Assembly: GCA_022790575.1 (NCBI GenBank)
Contig: JAAVXM010000062.1
Span: forward strand, 1-32,000
DNA from: Clostridia bacterium
Lineage (GTDB): Bacteria; Bacillota; Clostridia; TANB77; CAG-508
Length of the DNA stretch: 32,000 nt
Direction of reading: 5' to 3'
How positions within the stretch are numbered: position 1 is the stretch's first letter; each line of letters starts with the position of its first letter. Shown piece after piece: positions 23,945 to 32,000 of the stretch. The notes under the pieces are model-generated. The model did no database searches and was not told where the DNA came from. It saw nothing but the letters and a program-made list of their open reading frames with translations. The translations under genes were made by a program, and so were the position numbers.

Positions 23945-25993
23945 ATGAAAGAAGAAAATAAGGAAATAGAAGAACAAAATGGAGCTGTAAAGCTATTAGA
24001 AAAGACGGAAGAAAAGGAGAAACAAGAAGAAAAAGAGACAAAAACTACACAGAATCCAGAAAATACGACCCAAAATAAGAGAAAAAGGGGAAAAAAGGCT
24101 AGAAAAAGAAAAAAAGCAATGAACAATAAAGAAAATGCAGAAAAATTATCAGATGTTCAGGAAGCAATTGGCAAAAAGGAGGAAGAACCAAAAGAACAGA
24201 AACAGTTAGAAACAAAAAAAGAAATCCAACCTAAAAAAAAGTTAGAAGTCAAAAAAGAAAGCCAGCCTAAAAAAGAATTAGAAGCCAAAAAAGAAAGTCA
24301 TCTTAAAAAAGCATCAGAGGAACAAAAAGAAAAACCAAAAAAAGAAACTAAACAAAAAGAAGAGCAAAAGGAAAAAGATGAAGATATAGAAAAGCAAGAT
24401 AAGCCTGAAAAAGAAGCTTCAAAAGAAGAAACAAAACAGGCATCCCCAAAAAACCGCTTAAAAACAACAATAATTCTAATAGTAACAGGAATAATAATAG
24501 TAATAATAGCAATAATGTCAACAATATTTGCAGTAATAAATATAAACAATCCCAAAATAATAAAAAAAATATCAATTGGAGGGATTGATGTATCAAATAT
24601 GACCAAGGAAGAGGCAAAACAAGTACTCGAGGAAAAATATGCTACAAAACTGCAAAACAAAATATACTTAAAACATAATGAATTTGAATCAACAATTACA
24701 TATCAAGCATTAGAAGTAAAATACAAAATAGAAGAAGCAGTAGAACAAGCATATAGTATAGGAAGATGTGGAAATGTGTTCAAAAATAATGCAGAAATAA
24801 TAAAAACTTGGACAAAAGGAAGAGAAATAGAAGTAAATATAGAGATAGACAAAGATATGATAAGTCAAGTCTCTCAAAATATAAACAATAGTATAAAAGA
24901 AGCAGTAGTTCAACCAAGCTATTATATAGAAGGAGAAAAACTAATAATAACATCAGGAAAAGAAGGCTCAAAGGTAGAAGAACAACAATTGTCAGATAGA
25001 ATATATGAAATATTAAAATCAGATGCAGAAGTAGAAAGCAATATAGAAATACCAATTATAATAGCAAAACCAGAAAAAATAGACATAGAAAAAATTCACC
25101 AAGAAGTATATAAAAAAGTACAAGATGCCTATTACACAAAAAATCCATTCACAATATACCCAGAGCAAAATGGGATAGACTTTGATGTTCAAAATGCACA
25201 ACAAATAATATCAGAAGAAAAGGCAGAATATGAAATACCACTAATAATTACGAAACCTACAAAAACAGTTAAGAACATTGGAACAGAAGCGTTTCCAGAT
25301 TTATTAGCTACATTTTCAACAAAATATGTAGCAAGTAATGTAAATAGAACAACAAATTTACGTTTAGCAGCAGGAAAAATAAATGGGACAGTATTATTGC
25401 CAAATGAAGAGTTTTCGTACAACAAAATAGTTGGGGAAAGGTCAATACAAGCAGGTTATAGAGAAGCGGCAATATACTCATCAGGAGAAGTTGTAAATGG
25501 ATTAGGAGGAGGAATTTGCCAAATATCATCAACATTATATGATGCAGTAGTAATGGCAAATTTACAAGTAACACAAAGGAGAAATCATCAATTTGTGACA
25601 TCATATTTACCAGCAGGTAAAGATGCAACGGTAGTATGGGGTTCTCAAGACTTTAGATTTAAAAACACAAGGAGCTATCCTGTAAGAATAGAAGCAACAG
25701 TTGGAGGAGGAATTGCAAAAATTTCTATATGGGGAGTAAAAGAGGATGTTGAATACGATATATCAATAGAAACTAGAAAAATAGCAACAATAGCATATAC
25801 AACACAATATATTCAAGACCCTAGTTTACCAGCTGGTCAAGAAGTAGTAATGCAAGCAGGAAGCAATGGTAGAAAGGTAGAAGCATACAAAGTTGTAAGA
25901 CTAAATGGTCAAGTGGTTTCAACAACACTACTATCAAAAGATACATATAATGCAATGAAAAGAGTAGTAAGAATTGGAACAGGAGGCCAGTAA
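23945..25993 (+). CDS. VanW-domain protein with a K/E-rich disordered N-terminus, a TM anchor and a C-terminal G5 domain (682 aa)
   Basis: TM segment TTIILIVTGIIIVIIAIMSTIFAVI. VanW core ...LPNEEFSYNKIVGERSIQAGYREAAIYSSGEVVNGLGGGICQISSTLYDAV...VVWGSQDFRFKNT, with Cys525 at 25517-25519. G5-like C-terminus QEVVMQAGSNGRKVEAYKVVRLNGQVVSTTLLSKDTYNAMKRVVRIGT. Confidence 0.9.
   Translation: MKEENKEIEEQNGAVKLLEKTEEKEKQEEKETKTTQNPENTTQNKRKRGKKARKRKKAMNNKENAEKLSDVQEAIGKKEEEPKEQKQLETKKEIQPKKKLEVKKESQPKKELEAKKESHLKKASEEQKEKPKKETKQKEEQKEKDEDIEKQDKPEKEASKEETKQASPKNRLKTTIILIVTGIIIVIIAIMSTIFAVININNPKIIKKISIGGIDVSNMTKEEAKQVLEEKYATKLQNKIYLKHNEFESTITYQALEVKYKIEEAVEQAYSIGRCGNVFKNNAEIIKTWTKGREIEVNIEIDKDMISQVSQNINNSIKEAVVQPSYYIEGEKLIITSGKEGSKVEEQQLSDRIYEILKSDAEVESNIEIPIIIAKPEKIDIEKIHQEVYKKVQDAYYTKNPFTIYPEQNGIDFDVQNAQQIISEEKAEYEIPLIITKPTKTVKNIGTEAFPDLLATFSTKYVASNVNRTTNLRLAAGKINGTVLLPNEEFSYNKIVGERSIQAGYREAAIYSSGEVVNGLGGGICQISSTLYDAVVMANLQVTQRRNHQFVTSYLPAGKDATVVWGSQDFRFKNTRSYPVRIEATVGGGIAKISIWGVKEDVEYDISIETRKIATIAYTTQYIQDPSLPAGQEVVMQAGSNGRKVEAYKVVRLNGQVVSTTLLSKDTYNAMKRVVRIGTGGQ
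24206..24313 (+). repeat. Three tandem 36-nt coding repeats inside the K/E-rich region of the VanW-domain gene
   Basis: The units 24206-24241, 24242-24277 and 24278-24313 each read ttagaaNNNaaaaaagaaa...ctaaaaaa..., encoding LE(T/V/A)KKE(I/S)(Q/H)(P/L)KK(K/E/A). Confidence 0.8.
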
Positions 25994-26015
25994 AATACAA
26001 AGGAGGTAGAATCAA

Positions 26016-29000
26016 ATGGAAAGAACAATAATCAGAAAAATAGTAGCATTAATAACAGTAATAATGGTTATGGCAGCTGATTTTGTTATACTAGGGTCAA
26101 ATTTAATAAGTTATGCTACAACACAGGACAGTTTGACAAATAATGAAAATGTAGAATTTTCTGCATACTTTAAGACATACGAAGGAACAAAAGTAGATAA
26201 TATAAGTAAAAGTATAAAAAGTTCAGAGATGAAAATGTATGCAGAAATAAAAATAAAGAATGAAGGATACTTTAATGGAAACATAGAAATATTAGAAAGT
26301 AACTTCAAAATCAAAAATGACATATTATCAGACAGTATATCTAGTATAGAAGGAAACAAAATTAATTTAAAGCAAATAAATGCAGGAAATACAGTAGAAA
26401 TAGAAATTGGAATAGAACCAATAACAGATGACAGAATATCATCAGATATGATGTCAAAAGATACAACAATAAAATTATCAGGTCAATATATGGAAGAAAC
26501 ATATGAAGGAGTAGACATAGAAGCAACAAAAACAATAAGAGCAAACTTTGAGATAGAACAAGGTGTTGAAGCAGAAGTTGGAACAGAAATAATAACAAAT
26601 GAGATATTGCCAATAAGAGGAGCAAACAAGAGAATAATACAACTTGCAATAAAATCAAACATACAAGAAAATCAATACCCAATAAAACAAACAAAAATAG
26701 AAGTTGAATTTCCAAAATTAAGTGAAAAAGAACCAGAAGAAATCAAAGTGCTATCATTAGGAACAAAAGCAACAAATGGAAAAGGAAGTTCAGAAATAGA
26801 AGATTTTGAAAGAAAAGAAGGAAAACTTTTATTAACAATAAAAAATGAGCCAGATGAAGAAAACAAAATAGAATGGAATAAAAAAGAAAGAGATGGATTA
26901 ATTGTAACACTAATATATGATGAAGCAGTAGAAGCAAATACAATTAGTGTGACAACAAATACAGAGATAGAATTATATAATACACAAGAGAAAAAGACAG
27001 CAACAGATACACAAACAATCGAAAATAAGACAATGAATAAAACATTAATAACACAAACAGGAAAAGATTCAGGAGAAATATACAAAGGACAATTATATGT
27101 AAATTCAAAAACAGGAACAGACACAGAAGTTAATTATAAAACAAAAACAAAGGCAAATATAACAAATTCAGACATAGTAGACAAAGTAATATTAAATGAA
27201 GGACCAGATGCATTTATAACACAAGATGAAAAAGAGGTAAGTGCAAATACAAGATTTATAAGTACAGAAATAAACAAAGAAAAAATGCTTGAAATATTAG
27301 GCGAAAGTGGAACAATTCAAATAAATGATGGAACAAATATTACAAGTATTTCAAAACAAACAGAAACAGATGAAAATGGAAATATTATAATAGAATATGC
27401 TCAAACAGTTGCACAATTAGAAATAACACTAAGTAAACCACAAAAAGCAGGGATATTTGAAATAGCACATAATAAAGCAATAACAAAAAGTTCATATAAA
27501 TTTGAACAGTTGAAAACAATAAAACAATTAGAATTAATAAGTACAATAAGAGGGTTAATAGGTGAAACGCCAGTAGTAGAAAATACAACAAAAACACCAA
27601 TAGAATTAAAGGAAACAGAGACAAAAGCAGAATTAACAGTAGATAGAGAAAGTCTATCAACAATTTCAACAGAAAATGAAGTAATATTAGGAATAAAACT
27701 AATAACAAATGGAGTACAATATGACTTATATAAAAATCCAAAAATAACAATACAATTGCCAGATACAGTAGAAGAAGTAACATCAAATGGAGCAGTAAGC
27801 AAACTATATGATGATGAATTTAAAATAAAAGCAATATATAATAAAGAAACAAAGAGAATGGAAATCTCATTAGAAGGAGAACAGACATCATATCCAACAG
27901 ATGAAGCTTTACAAGCATATTTACAATTTAATTTGAATCTAAAATTAAGGAAATTAGCGCCAAGTAAAGTAGACAAAATTGTAATGACATATACAAACGA
28001 AAATGCAAAACAATATGCAGGAGGTACAACAGAGGCAGGTGTTGTAGAAAAAGAAATAAATATAAGTTCTCCAAGTGGACTAATTCCTGTAAATAGTATA
28101 GAAGGATATAATGTTGAAGGAATAACAGGAATAAGTGCAAATAAACAAGTAGCAAACATAGATAGAAATACATCAGGTGGAGCAGACATTACATATAAAA
28201 TTGAATTAGCAAATAATACAGATAAAAATGTAAATAATATAAGGATTTTAGGAACAATCCCAACAAAAGGAACAGTTAAATTAGGAACAGAAGAAATTGA
28301 AAATACATTAGAAACAGTGTTAAAATCAGTAAATGCACAAGGAGCAACAGTATATTATAGTAGTAATGCAAATGCAACAGCAGATTTAAACAATTCAAAT
28401 AATGGTTGGAATTCAAATTTACAAGAAGTTGGAACTGCAAAATCATATTTAATTGTAGTAGAAAATATAGAAAGAGATGGAAGATATAATGCAACATATA
28501 CAGTAACATTATCAAAAGAACTAGAATATAATCAAACATCATATGCAGGATATCAAGTGTTTTTCAATGAAGAAGGAGATGTGGCAGAGAAAAAAGAATC
28601 ATCAACTTTGATAGGGATTTCAACAGGAAATGGACCAATAAAAACTGCCCCAGTAGCAACAGAGGAAGACCCAGTAAATATAGAGACAAGCTTGACTGCT
28701 AAAGTGGGAATGGATGAATTAAATGATGGTGATACAGTAAAAGCAGGAGAGGTTGTAAGATATACTTTAAGAGTGAAAAACAATGGTACAAAAACTCTTA
28801 AAAATATTTCAGCGAAGGCTGGTGTACCAGAAGGAACTGTATGGGTTGAGCCAGATTATGGAGATTTAACAGCAGATGATTTATATGGTGATGGAAAAGA
28901 CATGACAGAAGGCTTGACTGAAGAAGAATTAGAAGATTTAATTAAGAGACTAGGTTTTGTGTATTCAGGAAATGCATATTACCTAGAAAAAACAGACATA

Positions 29001-30983
29001 AAAGAAACTACTCAAACAATAGAAAGTTTGGAACCAGACCAAGAAGTTACATTTAGTTATGAAGTAAGAGTTAATATGGATATTACGAATGGTACTCAAG
29101 TTACAAATAAAGCAACTATAACATGTAATAAGACAACAATAGAAAGCAATGAATTAACAGCGAAACTATCAGAAGCAAAATTCAGAGCATCTATGAAAGT
29201 GACAAATGATTTAGCTATTGTACCACTTCCAGGAGCAGATAGAAGATATTATTTCTTTATAGAAAATGAATCTAATGAAACATTAAAAAATATAAATGCT
29301 GAAATAGTATCAGAAGGACTTGACTTTATATTTTCAAATGATGAAGATTATAATGATGCTGAGATTAAAGATGGAAAAATTAAAATTAAAGATATAGCGC
29401 CAAAAAGTAAATTTGGCTATGAAATTATAGCTAGAATACAGAGAGACACAGAACATATAGGAATGTCAGTAAAACTAACAGATGAAAATGGACAAGTATA
29501 CAGGTCAAATGTATATGCAGATGATGTAGGAGAAGAAGGTGCGACAATATCATTATCAACACCAAATGAAGGTGGACAAGTATCAATTGGAGAAGAAATA
29601 AAATATAACTTTACAGTTGAAAATACAAGTTCTGTTCTTAAAATGGTTGACATTGAAGATGAAGTACCAGAATATTTAGAAGTAGTAAGAATTGAAGTTA
29701 ATGGTAGAACTGAAATGCAAACACAAGAGATAACAAATACAGATACATATAAAAGAAAAATTGAAAACCATGTAAGATATGGAGTAGAATTACAACCAAA
29801 AAAGAAAGCGATTATAACAATAGTAGCAAGAGTTAAAGAAGAAGGAAATGAGTTTAGTGTAAAAACGATAACTAATTCTGGTAAAGTTTTAATTGGTGGA
29901 GAAGAATATGGAACATCAGAAGAAGTATCACATGTAATTAAAGGAAAGTATTTAGAAGAAGATAAAAGTGTAATTACAGGTTTAGCATGGTTTGACGGAA
30001 ATGGAAATGGAGCAAAAGACACTGGAGAACCAATGTTGCCAGGAATAAAAGTATTATTATATGATATTACCTCAAATAGTATAGCAAAAGATAAAGAAGG
30101 AAACAGAGCAGAAACAACAACAGATGCAAATGGAGAATATATATTTAAGAAAATTGAACCTGGAAAGTATTTAGTATTATTTGATTTTGATAAGGTAAAA
30201 TATGAAGTGACAGGATATAAAATGCAAGGAGTACCAGAAAGCAGAAATTCAAATGCAATATTAAAATCAATCACAATAGAAGGAAAAGAAGAAAAATATG
30301 GAGTAACAGACACAATAAACTTAGGAGATATAGTTGCTAATATTAATATAGGATTAAAAGACAATTATATATATGACTTAGAATTACACAAATACATAAG
30401 TAAAATAATAGTACAAAATCCAAAAGAGACAAAGACATATGATTATTCTGGGAAAGATTCAACATTCCAAAAAGTTGAAATAAATAGAAAACAATTAAAT
30501 AATTCAACAGTAATATTAGAATATACAATAAGAGTTAAAAATACAGGAATATTAGCAGGAAATGTAAATAGTATAGTAGATTATTTACCAGAAGGATTAA
30601 ACTTTAGTTCAGAATTAAACCCTGATTGGTATTTATCAGATAAAAATTTACATACAAGAAGTTTAGCAAATGATAAGATACAACCTGGTGAAACAAGAGA
30701 ATTAAAATTAATATTAACAAAGAAAATGACAGAAAATTCAACAGGATTAGTAAACAATAGAGCAGAAATAGAAGAAAGTTTTAATGAATTAGGAAAGAAA
30801 GATATAGATTCAACAGAAAATAATCAAGCACAAGGTGAAGATGATTTGGGTTCTGCAGATGTAATTATAAGTGTAAGTACAGGTATAAAAACAGTAACAT
30901 ACACAATAATAATGATAGCAAATATAACACTAATAGCATGTGCAATCATCCTAATATTTAAGAAAAATAAGGACAATATTTAG
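26016..30983 (+). CDS. Giant surface protein A2 (1655 aa), paralog of A1
   Basis: It is colinear with A1 over its full length. By eye, identity is about three quarters overall, higher at both ends and much lower in the centre. It has the same signal peptide cleavage context (ISYA/TT) and the same SVSTG C-terminal signal. AGGAGG SD lies 9 nt before the ATG. Confidence 0.9.
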   Translation: MERTIIRKIVALITVIMVMAADFVILGSNLISYATTQDSLTNNENVEFSAYFKTYEGTKVDNISKSIKSSEMKMYAEIKIKNEGYFNGNIEILESNFKIKNDILSDSISSIEGNKINLKQINAGNTVEIEIGIEPITDDRISSDMMSKDTTIKLSGQYMEETYEGVDIEATKTIRANFEIEQGVEAEVGTEIITNEILPIRGANKRIIQLAIKSNIQENQYPIKQTKIEVEFPKLSEKEPEEIKVLSLGTKATNGKGSSEIEDFERKEGKLLLTIKNEPDEENKIEWNKKERDGLIVTLIYDEAVEANTISVTTNTEIELYNTQEKKTATDTQTIENKTMNKTLITQTGKDSGEIYKGQLYVNSKTGTDTEVNYKTKTKANITNSDIVDKVILNEGPDAFITQDEKEVSANTRFISTEINKEKMLEILGESGTIQINDGTNITSISKQTETDENGNIIIEYAQTVAQLEITLSKPQKAGIFEIAHNKAITKSSYKFEQLKTIKQLELISTIRGLIGETPVVENTTKTPIELKETETKAELTVDRESLSTISTENEVILGIKLITNGVQYDLYKNPKITIQLPDTVEEVTSNGAVSKLYDDEFKIKAIYNKETKRMEISLEGEQTSYPTDEALQAYLQFNLNLKLRKLAPSKVDKIVMTYTNENAKQYAGGTTEAGVVEKEINISSPSGLIPVNSIEGYNVEGITGISANKQVANIDRNTSGGADITYKIELANNTDKNVNNIRILGTIPTKGTVKLGTEEIENTLETVLKSVNAQGATVYYSSNANATADLNNSNNGWNSNLQEVGTAKSYLIVVENIERDGRYNATYTVTLSKELEYNQTSYAGYQVFFNEEGDVAEKKESSTLIGISTGNGPIKTAPVATEEDPVNIETSLTAKVGMDELNDGDTVKAGEVVRYTLRVKNNGTKTLKNISAKAGVPEGTVWVEPDYGDLTADDLYGDGKDMTEGLTEEELEDLIKRLGFVYSGNAYYLEKTDIKETTQTIESLEPDQEVTFSYEVRVNMDITNGTQVTNKATITCNKTTIESNELTAKLSEAKFRASMKVTNDLAIVPLPGADRRYYFFIENESNETLKNINAEIVSEGLDFIFSNDEDYNDAEIKDGKIKIKDIAPKSKFGYEIIARIQRDTEHIGMSVKLTDENGQVYRSNVYADDVGEEGATISLSTPNEGGQVSIGEEIKYNFTVENTSSVLKMVDIEDEVPEYLEVVRIEVNGRTEMQTQEITNTDTYKRKIENHVRYGVELQPKKKAIITIVARVKEEGNEFSVKTITNSGKVLIGGEEYGTSEEVSHVIKGKYLEEDKSVITGLAWFDGNGNGAKDTGEPMLPGIKVLLYDITSNSIAKDKEGNRAETTTDANGEYIFKKIEPGKYLVLFDFDKVKYEVTGYKMQGVPESRNSNAILKSITIEGKEEKYGVTDTINLGDIVANINIGLKDNYIYDLELHKYISKIIVQNPKETKTYDYSGKDSTFQKVEINRKQLNNSTVILEYTIRVKNTGILAGNVNSIVDYLPEGLNFSSELNPDWYLSDKNLHTRSLANDKIQPGETRELKLILTKKMTENSTGLVNNRAEIEESFNELGKKDIDSTENNQAQGEDDLGSADVIISVSTGIKTVTYTIIMIANITLIACAIILIFKKNKDNI
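30870..30980 (+). other. C-terminal sorting-like signal of A2 (SVSTG, TM segment, basic tail)
   Basis: SVSTG (30870-30884), then IKTVTYTIIMIANITLIACAIILIF and KKNKDNI. Confidence 0.5.
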
Positions 30984-31001
30984 GGAAAGGAGGGTAATGC
31001 T

Positions 31002-32000
31002 ATGAAGAAAAATATAATAATAAAATTATTGATAATATTATTTATAAGTATATTAATAATATTATTAAAATCTGTAACATGTTTGGCAGTAGATTATGGG
31101 TCGCCTGCGGCTTTTGCAAATGCAGTTAGAGCAAATCCAGATCTTGGTTATAAAGGTACAACAATGTACATGAGCCAATATGCGTTAAATAGTAATAAGA
31201 ATACATATTGTATTGAACATACAAATACGATGTATTCATCAACACAAAGTTTAGTTTATGCATTTAGACTAGAAGGACAGAAATGTACAAATTTATTTGA
31301 TACAAGTCAGTCATATGAATTCTACTCAAATGTTGCACTTGCAGGAATGTTGTCAAATGGAAGCCAAACTTATGGATACTATCCAGTATATTCAAATACA
31401 CAATCTTATTTGTACATGTATTTAGACACATGGGTACAATGCCATAATGAAAGAATGGGTGGCTCAGGATATATTGCTAATTTTAAAGGACAAGGAGGAG
31501 GAGGAAACTGGACCCATATATTTAAACACAAACAACGATATCTTCAGATTCTTGCTGAAGCAGAGCAGGGAGTATATGATAACAAAGTAATAGATATGTA
31601 TCTTTTTAGGTCAACTAGAGCAGTTCAAACAATATTAGTCGCTGTAGATAGAGGTGATGCTCCAAGAGAGACAGCATTGGAAATAACAAAGGTAAGTGAA
31701 GGAGATAATAAACCGCTACAAGGTGTAGAATTCTTAATACAAAGGGGAGATGGAGCATATATTAAAGATGCTAAAGAAGTTAAACCAGGAGTATATAAAC
31801 CAGTTGGATATGCAGAAGTAGGATATGAGGGATTTGACGAGTTCATAGGAGAAGGTCAGGATTCATTTAAACAAACAGAGGCATATAAATTCAAAACAGA
31901 TGCAAATGGTAAATTAAAGATAGTTGGGTTAGAGGACTCAGTAGAATATACTGCAATAGAATATGCAACAAATATACAAGAATTTGATACGAGCCAAAAT
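31002..32000 (+). CDS. Giant surface adhesin B2, the N-terminal 333 codons only (runs off the window); divergent paralog of B1
   Basis: It is absent from the ORF track because no stop is reached. My own translation is MKKNIIIKLLIILFISILIILLKSVTCLAVDYGSP...NTYCIEHTN...SNTQSYLYMYL...ALEITKVSEGDNKPLQGVEFLIQRGDG.... A GGAGGG SD lies 7 nt before the ATG. The frame is open for all 999 nt. Confidence 0.85.
   Translation, partial: MKKNIIIKLLIILFISILIILLKSVTCLAVDYGSPAAFANAVRANPDLGYKGTTMYMSQYALNSNKNTYCIEHTNTMYSSTQSLVYAFRLEGQKCTNLFDTSQSYEFYSNVALAGMLSNGSQTYGYYPVYSNTQSYLYMYLDTWVQCHNERMGGSGYIANFKGQGGGGNWTHIFKHKQRYLQILAEAEQGVYDNKVIDMYLFRSTRAVQTILVAVDRGDAPRETALEITKVSEGDNKPLQGVEFLIQRGDGAYIKDAKEVKPGVYKPVGYAEVGYEGFDEFIGEGQDSFKQTEAYKFKTDANGKLKIVGLEDSVEYTAIEYATNIQEFDTSQN

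Larger units (their letters stand above)
25995..32000 (+). repeat. Segmental duplication, copy 2 (A2-B2 module, truncated by the window end)
   Basis: It has the same gene order, the same SD context (aaggaggta..atgga.a.aaca) and the same protein architecture as copy 1. Confidence 0.85.

Noticed and set aside
24040-24440. The repetitive A-rich stretch was considered as a possible CRISPR or other non-coding repeat array.
   Set aside because: It lies in frame within a continuous ORF that encodes a K/E-rich peptide. The repeats are contiguous with no spacers, and no cas genes are present.
23739-25628. ORFs antisense to or overlapping the vanW-like gene and its upstream region, for example 23739-24041, 23923-24126, 24298-24660 and 25308-25628.
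   Set aside because: They are Phe/Leu-rich artefacts of the complement of the A-rich K/E-coding region. 23739-24041 also spans the promoter.
26111-30528. Long minus-strand ORFs inside A2, for example 26672-27124, 27401-28189 and 29417-30364 (315 aa).
   Set aside because: These are the same compositional artefact as in A1. They sit at positions equivalent to the A1 antisense ORFs simply because the sense genes are paralogs.
13354-32000. A diversity-generating retroelement or an invertible promoter might explain the paralog variability.
   Set aside because: There is no reverse transcriptase, template repeat or recombinase gene in the window. I found no inverted repeats flanking either promoter.

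Overview
This is a very AT-rich window (about 25-30% G+C by eye) that uses the standard genetic code and looks like Firmicutes/Clostridia chromosome. All product calls come from motif recognition in the supplied translations, because no database search was possible.

Layout:
- 1-1269: an unusually long stretch with no ORF.
- 1270-2808: a small islet holding a 225-aa unknown protein, an XRE-family HTH regulator and a divergent 72-aa ORF.
- 2930-5395: gyrA, with the GyrA box present and no adjacent gyrB.
- 5474-10814, minus strand: a DnaD-domain protein and dnaI (helicase loading), followed upstream by a compact four-gene type IV secretion-like module. The module holds a VirD4/TraG-like coupling ATPase, a VirB2/TrbC-like pilin, a VirB6/TrbL-like polytopic protein and a PrgI/VirB3-like protein. 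It has no VirB4, relaxase, VirB8 or hydrolase.
- 11152-13117: a DUF1858-type redox-disulfide protein, a tRNA-Lys/Glu/Thr cluster, an SDR oxidoreductase and a small CBM25/53-like protein.
- 13258-32000: a surface-protein locus that fills more than half the window.

The surface-protein locus is the most notable content. It is a two-gene module that is tandemly duplicated with a period of about 12.66 kb. Gene A is about 1655 aa, with DUF11 and SdrD-B-like repeats and a C-terminal SVSTG-type sorting signal. Gene B is about 1790 aa, with a thioester-domain-like N-terminus, CnaB/SdrD-B-like domains and a TPPTG sorting signal. The two copies are separated by a VanW-domain/G5 protein that is co-transcribed with the second copy. 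No sortase lies in the window.

The many long antisense ORFs inside the giant genes are compositional artefacts.
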